Of a stretch of DNA of 43,751 nucleotides, positions 1 to 7,495 are shown one piece after another. Position 1 is the first letter of the stretch; each line of letters opens with the position of its first letter. The position numbers and the translations under genes were made by a program. This DNA is from an uncultured Mycoplasmatota bacterium (GTDB taxonomy: Bacteria > Bacillota_I > Bacilli_A > RF39 > UBA660): NCBI GenBank assembly GCA_947650775.1, contig CANSWQ010000001.1, positions 1 to 43,751 of the forward strand. Reading direction: 5' to 3'. The notes under the pieces were generated by a model. That model was not told where the DNA came from. It saw only the letters and a list, made by a program, of their open reading frames with translations, and made no database searches.

Positions 1-46
1 TGGCAGGGGCGGAGAGAATCGAACTCCCATCAAAAGTTTTGGAGTC
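1..46 (-). pseudogene. 3' half of a tRNA-Trp (anticodon loop through CCA) with no adjacent 5' half; left attachment-site repeat of the ICE
   Basis: The reverse complement reads CTCCAAAACTTTTGATGGGAGTTCGATTCTCTCCGCCCCTGCCA. This gives a T-arm (GGGAG/TTCGATT/CTCTC), acceptor strand CGCCCCT, discriminator G and CCA. It is 39/46 identical to 43022-43067. Positions 47-80 cannot supply a D-arm or an AGGGGCG acceptor strand. Confidence 0.85.
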
Positions 47-141
47 TTTAAAATAAAGACCAAAAATACCTCCATCCACCATGAAACAAGACAATTCACT
101 TCAAACAATTTAGTTTATTTTATGGTTTATCTTGCTTCATC

Positions 142-169
142 GTGGCAGAAGTGGCAGAATTAGTGGCAG
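142..169 (+). repeat. Three direct GTGGCAG repeats (142-148, 151-157, 163-169); candidate arm-type integrase binding sites
   Basis: The sequence reads cGTGGCAGAAGTGGCAGAATTAGTGGCAGttt, ~160 bp downstream of the int stop and next to the left att repeat. A TTGGCAGAAT copy lies at 43165-43174. Confidence 0.55.
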
Positions 170-328
170 TTTATTCCCCGTTTGGTAGATATTTAGTTAC
201 CTAACCACAATGCCAACCTTTCTCACTTCTACCTGCCGAAATTACTTCCCCGAACCACTTAAGTATAACATAATAAATGTTTATATGCAATTAAAAAAGA
301 CCACTTTTAAGTAATCTTCTATTTATTA

Positions 329-1867
329 TTAAGCACCTATTGGTCTTATTTTACATATATCCATCTTCGCATTACACACAATATTTAAAAAGGCTTCTTT
401 AATATTATCAGAGGAATCTGAGTTTATAAACATATTAATATTTTCTAAATAACTATATTTTTCTAAAATATAATTTCTACAAGTATTAATTAAATTATGA
501 TAATTTAACTCAGTTACCTCTTTTCCTGTAATATACTTAATAGCATTAAATATTTCTTCTTTAGTTGCTAAATTAATACCAATAATTATAGAAGTAATAA
601 CTTTAAAATCTAATATATTAGAAACAAATTTATTACCATATTTATTTTCCAACTTTTCCACTATCAATTTATCTTGTGCTAAATTACTATGAGTATAAAT
701 TCTTAAAGTTGTAGCAACATCAGAATGACCAAGTCTACGAGATACATCTTGAATAGGAACACCCATACTTAATAAATCGGTTGCATGCGAATGTCTAATA
801 TCATGTATTGTAATATCTTTTAAATTAAACATTAATTTAAAATCACGCCATTCATTTGTCAAGTTATTTGGATTCCATATATCCTTGTATCTAACATTTT
901 GAAAAACAAAATCATTATCTTGAACATTATAGCCACATTTATTTTGGTCTTTTTTATATTCTGTTAATAAATCAAAACAGACAGATGGTACATAGATATC
1001 TCTGCGACTAGAATCATTTTTTAAGCTTTTACAAACTAATCTATGAGGTAAACTTTCTATGATATCTTCTTCTGCAAAATCTTCAGAACCAATAGTTACC
1101 ACAGCTCTCTTAATTGATAGTATACCAGTTTTATATTTTATATCACCCCATTTTAGCCCAAAAAGTTCTTCTCTTCTGAGTCCACTATTAAATAAAATTG
1201 TAATAGCAGTTTTAAATCGAATATTTTGAGAATAGAGTATTTTATCTGACATCCCATTTTTATGAGCTGGCATTTTATCCAAACACTCCAAGGCGAGTTC
1301 AATTTCATCGTGGTCATAATAATCTCTTTCTGCTGAATCAAACTTTGGCTTATTTTCAACAAATTCTGCTGGATTATAAGTAGTCCATTTTCTAAATATT
1401 GCATAATTAAAAATTGTTCCTATTAAAGTATGACAATGCTTAATAGTTGTACCACTTAAACCTTTTTCTTTCATAGCAAAATACAAATCTTCCAAATCTT
1501 TTTTATCTATTTTTCTAATCTTTTTAAAGCCAAACGTTGGAATAATGTGATTATTTAAATAACCTTTGTAACCACTAATAGTTGTACCAACTTTCTTACT
1601 ATAATTCCTATCATTTATAAACTCTTTTGCAACTTCTAAAAAAGTGTACCCACTATTAGAAGTCTTAATTCCTTTATCTTTTTTTTCTTTTAACTCAGCT
1701 TTTATTTCGTCTCTACGAGCAATTGCAGCCTGTTTAGTACCTCTAAAAGTTTCAGTAATTCTATCTCTTTTACCATCTTCCCGATAACCATTACTTATTT
1801 GTATTTCAAATACATTCTCAGCAATTTTAATAATATTTTTCATATCATTGTCTTTTTCTTTAGACAT
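329..1867 (-). CDS. int: Tyrosine recombinase / ICE integrase with an unusual ~100-aa C-terminal extension
   Basis: It carries HDIRHSHATDLL...LGHSDVATTLRIYTHS (the R-H-R-Y catalytic region) and an N-terminal arm-binding-type domain. AAGGGG lies 9 nt upstream of the ATG at 1867, while the ORF-track ATG at 1876 abuts the SD. Confidence 0.93.
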   Translation of the reverse strand: MSKEKDNDMKNIIKIAENVFEIQISNGYREDGKRDRITETFRGTKQAAIARRDEIKAELKEKKDKGIKTSNSGYTFLEVAKEFINDRNYSKKVGTTISGYKGYLNNHIIPTFGFKKIRKIDKKDLEDLYFAMKEKGLSGTTIKHCHTLIGTIFNYAIFRKWTTYNPAEFVENKPKFDSAERDYYDHDEIELALECLDKMPAHKNGMSDKILYSQNIRFKTAITILFNSGLRREELFGLKWGDIKYKTGILSIKRAVVTIGSEDFAEEDIIESLPHRLVCKSLKNDSSRRDIYVPSVCFDLLTEYKKDQNKCGYNVQDNDFVFQNVRYKDIWNPNNLTNEWRDFKLMFNLKDITIHDIRHSHATDLLSMGVPIQDVSRRLGHSDVATTLRIYTHSNLAQDKLIVEKLENKYGNKFVSNILDFKVITSIIIGINLATKEEIFNAIKYITGKEVTELNYHNLINTCRNYILEKYSYLENINMFINSDSSDNIKEAFLNIVCNAKMDICKIRPIGA

Positions 1868-1880
1868 TTTTAACATCCCC

Positions 1881-2183
1881 TTAAATAAATTTAATTTTTT
1901 CGGAAATGCAGTTTGAACCTTTTACTTTTTGACTTTGAATATAGCTTTCAATATCACGGCTATCATAAAAATTGAGTTTACCTCTTTTTACAACTGGTAG
2001 CTTACTTTCTTTAACTGCTTGCTCTAAACCATATTGTGTTAAAATAGGATATTCCTCTAAAACTTGTTTTGTTTTCAATAACCTTCCATTGGAATTATTA
2101 TCTGCTACTGACTGCTCATACTTTTTCAATAAACAGCCTATGTCGAACACTAACTCTGCAAGAGAATAACTTTTTTTATCCAT
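1881..2183 (-). CDS. xis: Excisionase-type (MerR/HTH_17-like) DNA-binding protein
   Basis: It is a small ORF immediately upstream of int. The C-terminal half, LLKTKQVLEEYPILTQYGLEQAVKESKLPVVKRGKLNFYDSRDIESYI, looks like an excisionase winged helix. Confidence 0.7.
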   Translation of the reverse strand: MDKKSYSLAELVFDIGCLLKKYEQSVADNNSNGRLLKTKQVLEEYPILTQYGLEQAVKESKLPVVKRGKLNFYDSRDIESYIQSQKVKGSNCISEKIKFI

Positions 2184-2302
2184 GATTCTTCCTTTCTAAT
2201 ATAAAAAAAATCTGCATTTCACAAAAACATAATACAGATTTCTAAAAAATTTTACCAATGTGCGATTTCCATAAAAAAATATTTTTATAGAATTGACAGA
2301 AA

Positions 2303-2653
2303 TTAGTTTTTAAACTTTATATCTAGTGTATGAATCAAAGCATTATTAACTTCAACAATTTGTTCTTCATTTAAAGTAGTAACAAAACCTTTTAGTCTTG
2401 ATTTATCTATCACGCGAATTTGTTCTAAAAGTATAATAGAATTAGGTCTAATCTTATCAAATTGCTTTATCAATACATGATTAGGTAATTTATCAGTTTT
2501 TTGTGTAGATATAGGAGCAATTATAGTTGTTGGACTAAATCTGTTACCTATGTCATTTTGAACGATTAAAACAGGTCTTATGCCCTTTTCTTCGCTTCCT
2601 ATCGTATCGCCTAAATCAGCATAAAAAATAGCGCCTCTAACTATCTTATTCAT
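2303..2653 (-). CDS. mazF: MazF/PemK/EndoA-family endoribonuclease toxin
   Basis: RGAIFYADLGDTIGSEEKGIRPVLIVQNDIGNRFSPTTIIAPIS...ILLEQIRVIDKSRL is collinear with Bacillus EndoA/MazF. Confidence 0.92.
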   Translation of the reverse strand: MNKIVRGAIFYADLGDTIGSEEKGIRPVLIVQNDIGNRFSPTTIIAPISTQKTDKLPNHVLIKQFDKIRPNSIILLEQIRVIDKSRLKGFVTTLNEEQIVEVNNALIHTLDIKFKN

Positions 2654-2850
2654 TATTTTTTAGCTCCTCTAACTTTCTCTATATCAAAAACATAAGTTGT
2701 GTCATGCCCAACACATTTTAAATTTAAAATTTGAGTATTTAAGATTATTTCCTTCACTATTTCTTTCGCAACAGTCTTATTTCTAGCATTTAATTCAAAC
2801 TCAGTAGTTTTTACTTCATTAACTTTTATTTTATATCTTCTTAATTTCAT
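2653..2850 (-). CDS. Putative cognate antitoxin of MazF; basic, with no recognisable MazE/AbrB or RHH signature
   Basis: Its stop overlaps the mazF ATG (TAATG). GGGAAG lies 6 nt before the ATG at 2850, and the ORF-track start at 2868 is a TTG. The 65-aa product has about 15 K/R against 8 D/E. Confidence 0.6.
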   Translation of the reverse strand: MKLRRYKIKVNEVKTTEFELNARNKTVAKEIVKEIILNTQILNLKCVGHDTTYVFDIEKVRGAKK

Positions 2851-2883
2851 TTTTATCTTCCCTTTCAAAATTCAAAAATGTAT

Positions 2884-2951
2884 GATACTAGTTGTTTAAT
2901 AAAGTTTGACTAATTATTAATTAAATAATCACAATAACCCCAACTAGTATC
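2884..2951. promoter_or_regulatory. 11-bp inverted repeat GATACTAGTTG(N46)CAACTAGTATC upstream of the MazF operon; candidate operator pair or leader hairpin
   Basis: The arms are perfect, at 2884-2894 and 2941-2951, 34 nt upstream of the 2850 start. Confidence 0.45.
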
Positions 2952-3224
2952 AAAAAAATTTTTAGAAAAATTATCAAGTGGTTATTTGCTAAATAACTCC
3001 ATAGGAATTGCACCTCCTTGTGGTTCTCACAAAGTCGCCTTCATTGATTGAGTCTGTGACTAGACGAAAGTATCATTATACCTATTATTTGTTATCGCAT
3101 TATTAGTAGCAAACTAATATTTATAGTCAAGTATTAATCGCAAGCGTACTTACTAAAGTGCTTATAATAATAGGAACGTACTTGATAATTGTATTATTAA
3201 TTTCAAAGAACATGTTCCTAAATT

Positions 3225-3260
3225 GAACAAGTGAAAGGAAATACTTCCTTTCACTTGTTT
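3225..3260 (-). terminator. Hairpin terminator after the sigma-like gene
   Basis: A perfect 14-bp stem ACAAGTGAAAGGAA/TTCCTTTCACTTGT with a 4-nt loop lies 35 nt past the stop at 3294. The U-tract is weak (UUCAAUUU). Confidence 0.6.
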
Positions 3261-3293
3261 AGCACTTTAAATCAAATTTTTAAGGGTATAAAT

Positions 3294-3770
3294 TTAATTT
3301 TTTATAATTTTTCTTAATTTATTAATTCCAGAATCAAGACTTTCTTTAACCGACATAATTGAACAATGCTCAAGTTCTGCTATTTGTTTTAAAGTCATAT
3401 CTTCAAAATAATACATTTTTATTCTGCGTTTTTGAACTAAAGATAAAGTGTTTATAGCATTTTTCAATATTTCAGTCATAACATTATTTTCAACTTCATC
3501 TTCAACAGATATCGGTTTATTAATAGCCCTAGCATTTAAAGTTTCTTCATAAACTTCATTATGTTCAATATGTTTCTGATATTTATGTATTTGTGATACA
3601 TCTTCTAACTCAAACTCATTAAAAGCTTCATATATTTTATCTGAAACCTGAACTCTGTGAATAACTTTCATATTATCCACAAATTCTACTATATATGTTT
3701 TATTACTTTCATCATATCCTAAAGTATAAGGATTATATTTATCTTTATTTCTTACTGGTATCTTAACCAT
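3294..3770 (-). CDS. Sigma-70 region-4-only protein (Tn916 Orf7-like ICE regulator)
   Basis: The C-terminus LSLVQKRRIKMYYFEDMTLKQIAELEHCSIMSVKESLDSGINKLRKII is a region-4 HTH. GGAGAGAG precedes the ATG at 3770, and the ORF-track start at 3788 is a TTG. Confidence 0.7.
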   Translation of the reverse strand: MVKIPVRNKDKYNPYTLGYDESNKTYIVEFVDNMKVIHRVQVSDKIYEAFNEFELEDVSQIHKYQKHIEHNEVYEETLNARAINKPISVEDEVENNVMTEILKNAINTLSLVQKRRIKMYYFEDMTLKQIAELEHCSIMSVKESLDSGINKLRKIIKN

Positions 3771-3849
3771 TTTTCTCTCTCCAATCAATTAAAATTTTTT
3801 AAAAAAACTTAATTGATTAGAGGAGGAGCTCTACAAGAATTTAAGCCAC

Positions 3850-3897
3850 AAAAAAAAGAGGCAACGAACCCTAAAAAGGGAGCATTGTCTCTTTTTT
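3850..3897. terminator. Bidirectional intrinsic terminator
   Basis: An A8 run is followed by the stem AGAGGCAA/TTGTCTCT, which has an inner CCC/GGG helix, and then T6. Confidence 0.6.
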
Positions 3898-4320
3898 GAA
3901 ATACTGCAATATAAAAATAATCATACTGCACTATAACCATAGCCATTCTTCTTTCAATGTGCTATGTTTCATAAAATACTACATTAGATAATAATTTTAA
4001 TTACCACACAACATAATATTTCAATTAACTACAAATACAAACCATTATCTACAAATTATGACAACAGTCGCAACAAAAAATATATTTACCACTACCTTCT
4101 ATAAAAGAATAACATAAAAGAGGGAAAAAAAATAGGGATTATTAATCCCTGATATATAAACACATCTTTCACATATTTTAAAATAAAGCATATTACTCTT
4201 TTCCAAAATCCCTATCCATTTTATCATAATGCTTTAACTATATTATTGATAATAAAACTAAAGCAAAATTCACAACTTCATAATACATGCGCTTTTCATA
4301 AGTAAAAAATAATATAAAAT

Positions 4321-4350
4321 AAAAAAAAGGTAGAGACTATTTCCCCTACC
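4321..4350 (-). terminator. Intrinsic terminator after the 236-aa secreted protein gene
   Basis: The minus-strand RNA reads GGUAGGGGA-AAUAG-UCUCUACC followed by U8. Confidence 0.75.
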
Positions 4351-4418
4351 ATAAACATATCCAAATAACTTAATAAGTAGTATGTTTATTTGTTTTTATA
4401 TAATATAAGCATTAATAT

Positions 4419-5129
4419 TTAAACTGCTATATCTACTCCGCCCATTTGGTCATAGATATTAACAGCAGTACCACTAAACTTAAATACTCTTCCATATCCA
4501 CTTTTAGCTAGTGTATAATTCTTACTATTAGCTAGACTTATAGAACTCTTAGCATGTTGATAGCTAGCATATACATGACCACCTTTGCTTACCCTAAAAG
4601 ATTGACTAGCAACGATATCTACATTACCAGTAGGTAATTTTAACGATACTCCAAATCCATTACTGAACTTTTGCATGTAAGTTTCACTAGAATTTGTGAC
4701 AAAAGTTGCTGGAGAAGATGTAAGGGAAGTGTTTTCTAAATAAACTCCCATAACGTCATAGCTTCGTGTGTTAGGATATCCTTTCCAAGTAAGTACAACA
4801 GATATTAAGCAATCAGAATTACAAACTTTAGCAATTTTGAGAACTTTAGCATTAGTTTCATGATAAGTTCCAAGAGGCATTATCGTTTCATTTACTTTAA
4901 CACTCAATTCGCCATTCATAATATTAGATTTAACAAAACGACTATAATCAGAGGTAGTAAATAAATTTTGACAGCCATCCCAATACAGCCTGGTCAAAAA
5001 ATCATATTCTTCCTTTGAGAATGAAACATTATTATCATTTACAAAATATATATCACTAGCAAATACATTATCTGAACTAATAAAAAATATAAACGACAAT
5101 AATGATATTATTAAAATACTTTTTTTCAT
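4419..5129 (-). CDS. Secreted protein of unknown family, paralog of 7496-8377
   Basis: It has a signal peptide (MKKSILIISLLSFIFFISSDNVFA). It shares blocks with the 293-aa paralog: KFSNGxGxSxxL and YASYQHAKSxxSxANSKxYxL...YDxMGGV. Confidence 0.85.
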   Translation of the reverse strand: MKKSILIISLLSFIFFISSDNVFASDIYFVNDNNVSFSKEEYDFLTRLYWDGCQNLFTTSDYSRFVKSNIMNGELSVKVNETIMPLGTYHETNAKVLKIAKVCNSDCLISVVLTWKGYPNTRSYDVMGVYLENTSLTSSPATFVTNSSETYMQKFSNGFGVSLKLPTGNVDIVASQSFRVSKGGHVYASYQHAKSSISLANSKNYTLAKSGYGRVFKFSGTAVNIYDQMGGVDIAV

Positions 5130-5168
5130 GTATTTCCTCCTTTCAAAAAAAGCATAGCATACAATTTT

Positions 5169-5197
5169 AAAAAAAAGTAGGGACGGTTAGTCCCTAC
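5169..5197 (-). terminator. Intrinsic terminator after the membrane XRE gene
   Basis: The minus-strand RNA reads GUAGGGAC-UAACC-GUCCCUAC followed by U8. Confidence 0.8.
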
Positions 5198-5220
5198 CAT
5201 TATTTAAAGTTATTGATACT

Positions 5221-6297
5221 TTAATTTATTAATTTAATAATTTCATTAAAAGTCTTTTTTTGTTTCAAAATGTTTTTGCAATCGCCTTTTTCACAATTAC
5301 TTTTACTTTTTTCTTGCACATATTTAGTAATTAGTTTATTTTTATTATACTCTTGATAAATTAAATGATTGTTTTTAAAATTATAAATCCATTCAATTTT
5401 AATATCTTCCTCATAAGATATAGTTAAAGTTCTAGCATTTAAAATATAAACCATTTCATAATCACTATTATCATTTATGCAAAAACTATCATTACAAAAG
5501 AAACTATTTTTTATTTTTTCCTCAGCTGATTCTAAATCAATATCATAATCAACATCATCATTTATAGAATTTAACTCTTCTTTAGGAATAAAATAATCAT
5601 TACTAAAATTCTTTTCATAATTTAATTTTATAATCTCTTCACTTTCATTTAAATAAACTTTTAAATATAAATTCTTAATTATATATTCTATATCTTGAAA
5701 ATTAAAATATTCATTATAACCTTTAAAATCATTAAATACAATATTGTTAGAATCAGTTTTTATAATTAAATTATCATTTCCTTTTTTATCTTTATAGAAT
5801 AACTCAATAAATTTAATATCATTTTTTACTAAAACTCCACCTAAATTAAAATATATTTTTTCATTAGTAACAACTAAAACTCCATCAGAAATTTTAATAT
5901 CTTCATTTTCATAATAAATATGATATACATTTAATGAATTATAAGTATTTACAAAATAATAAATTAAAAAACAAAAAATCAACAAAAATAAAACCCAAAT
6001 TAATAGCTTTAACGTTTTTTGTTTCCTATTTCTTTCATCATACAATTTAATAGGTATTTCTTCTATACCATCAATATTGTTTTTTGAAGTCTTTTCACCA
6101 TATAATAATTCATTTATAGAAACATTAAATATTTCACTCAATTTAATTAAACAATCTGGCTCAGGACATCTTTTACCTCGCTCCCATTTACTAACAGCAT
6201 CACGAGAAATATGTATATGCTCAGCTAAATCATATTGACTCATATTTTTTTCTTTTCTTAATTGAGCAATAAATGTCCCCATTTTATCTTGATTCAC
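5221..6297 (-). CDS. Membrane-tethered XRE-family regulator (N-terminal HTH, one TM helix, ~230-aa extracytoplasmic domain)
   Basis: The HTH is FIAQLRKEKNMSQYDLAEHIHISRDAVSKWERGKRCPEPDCLIKLSEIFNVSINELL and the TM helix is LKLLIWVLFLLIFCFLIYYFV. The likely start is the GTG at 6297, 7 nt after AGAGG; the ORF-track start is 6354. Confidence 0.8.
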   Translation of the reverse strand: MNQDKMGTFIAQLRKEKNMSQYDLAEHIHISRDAVSKWERGKRCPEPDCLIKLSEIFNVSINELLYGEKTSKNNIDGIEEIPIKLYDERNRKQKTLKLLIWVLFLLIFCFLIYYFVNTYNSLNVYHIYYENEDIKISDGVLVVTNEKIYFNLGGVLVKNDIKFIELFYKDKKGNDNLIIKTDSNNIVFNDFKGYNEYFNFQDIEYIIKNLYLKVYLNESEEIIKLNYEKNFSNDYFIPKEELNSINDDVDYDIDLESAEEKIKNSFFCNDSFCINDNSDYEMVYILNARTLTISYEEDIKIEWIYNFKNNHLIYQEYNKNKLITKYVQEKSKSNCEKGDCKNILKQKKTFNEIIKLIN

Positions 6298-6377
6298 AAT
6301 ATCGCCTCTTTCAAAACTTATCAATATTATAAGTTTTAACAAAACAATAATCAATATAATATTATAAAATATATTGA

Positions 6378-6623
6378 CTAATCATTAAAAAAGTTATCAA
6401 TATGTATATCTAAAACCAAAGATAATTTATACAAAGTTTTTAAACTTAAACCTTTTGCACCTAAATAAATTTCTACCTTTTTTATATAATCTTCAGATAC
6501 GCCTACCATATTAGCTAAATCCTTCCTAGAAAGTTTTGCTGCTTCTCTATATTTTCTAATATTTTTAGATATATTCCTCATAAAATTAACATCATATCCT
6601 TCAATTCTATAGTCTTTTTGCAT
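6378..6623 (-). CDS. Small XRE-family HTH regulator
   Basis: The 81-aa product contains NIRKYREAAKLSRKDLANMVGVSEDYIKKVE. An extended -10 (TGGTAAAAT) lies ~25 nt upstream. Confidence 0.8.
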   Translation of the reverse strand: MQKDYRIEGYDVNFMRNISKNIRKYREAAKLSRKDLANMVGVSEDYIKKVEIYLGAKGLSLKTLYKLSLVLDIHIDNFFND

Positions 6624-6691
6624 AACAAGGGTCCTTTCTACTTTTATATTTTACCATAGTATCAACGAACAAAGATTAACATATCATATTT

Positions 6692-6718
6692 AAAAAAAAT
6701 AGAGACAATCTGTCCCTA
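6692..6718 (-). terminator. Intrinsic terminator lying upstream of the 81-aa XRE gene
   Basis: The minus-strand RNA reads UAGGGACA-GAU-UGUCUCUA followed by U8. Confidence 0.7.
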
Positions 6719-6884
6719 ACAAAAAATCAAAAAAAATGTAATAATATATTGTGTGAAGAAACCAAAAGAACAAGGGTAACGATTTTTGGTCTCTTCAAAT
6801 AAGAAACATTGGTATGGAAAATACGTTTAACTTTTCACAATATATTAAAGGAAATAATGTATTAAACTACAAAAATAATCCTCA
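6692..6884 (-). ncRNA. Candidate ~190-nt non-coding transcript or terminator-containing leader
   Basis: It is bounded by an extended -10 promoter (6891-6903) and the terminator at 6692-6718. It contains a 13-bp hairpin (6755-6767 / 6784-6796, one mismatch). There is no ORF longer than 8 codons. Confidence 0.35.
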
Positions 6885-6890
6885 ATAAGA

Positions 6891-6905
6891 ATTATATCAC
6901 AAACG
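6891..6905 (-). promoter_or_regulatory. Extended -10 promoter TTTGTGATATAAT (minus strand)
   Basis: It has a perfect TGnTATAAT. It sits in the divergent region between the 6378-6623 and 6978-7433 genes. Confidence 0.5.
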
Positions 6906-6977
6906 TCCCACATATTACACCAAAAACGCATAACTTATTTTTAAAATTGTAAACTAAGTACTAATAAGGAGTTTATT

Positions 6978-7433
6978 ATGACTAAAGTTTACTCTGAAAA
7001 ATTAAGAGACATTAGAACCTATTTTGGCTATTCTCAACGAGAAGTAGCTGAAGCAATAGGCATAAAAAGAAGTTTATACACAGAATGGGAAATATACAGA
7101 GTGATTATACCTTTAAAGCATTTAATCGCACTATCTAATTTCTATAAAACTAATATTGATTACCTATTAGGTTTAACTAAAAATCAAATAACTACTAACA
7201 ATAATATAATTGATATTAATAAAATTAGTATTAGATTAAAAGAAATAAGAATGGAGCTTAAATTATCTATTAGAGATTTTTCTAAAGAATTAAATATTAG
7301 TAAAAGTACACTTAATAGGTATGAAAAAGGTAGCATTTTAGTATCAACCTCAGTATGCTATTTTATAGCTATAAAATATAATATATCTGTCGATTATATT
7401 TTATGTTTAACACAAAAAAAGTATTTAACGTAA
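6978..7433 (+). CDS. Tandem double-HTH XRE-family regulator
   Basis: Two Cro/C1-type HTH units are present (SQREVAEAIGIKRSLYTEWE and SIRDFSKELNISKSTLNRYEKG). AAGGAG lies 7 nt upstream of the ATG. Confidence 0.85.
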   Translation: MTKVYSEKLRDIRTYFGYSQREVAEAIGIKRSLYTEWEIYRVIIPLKHLIALSNFYKTNIDYLLGLTKNQITTNNNIIDINKISIRLKEIRMELKLSIRDFSKELNISKSTLNRYEKGSILVSTSVCYFIAIKYNISVDYILCLTQKKYLT

Positions 7434-7460
7434 AAAACGTAGGGAATTGCCTACGTTTTT
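7433..7460. terminator. Bidirectional intrinsic terminator between convergent genes
   Basis: AAAAACGTAGG-GAATTG-CCTACGTTTTT forms an 11-bp stem. Confidence 0.75.
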
Positions 7461-7495
7461 AATTTACAATAAATAATTCCAAAGTATTATAATTA

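Noticed and set aside
101-113. A shared ACAATTTAG 9-mer between the left arm (101-113) and the right spacer (43186-43197), considered as an additional arm-type or IHF site
   Set aside because: It is an AT-rich 9-mer that was not specified in advance. Chance matches between two arms of this size are expected.
1153-1404. An 83-aa same-strand ORF inside the integrase gene in another frame
   Set aside because: It has no SD, random-looking L/I/Q/K composition and no family resemblance. Unlike the TnpV case, there is no independent evidence for coding.
1972-2169. A 65-aa plus-strand ORF antisense to the excisionase gene
   Set aside because: It has no RBS and is an antisense frame of a well-supported small gene.
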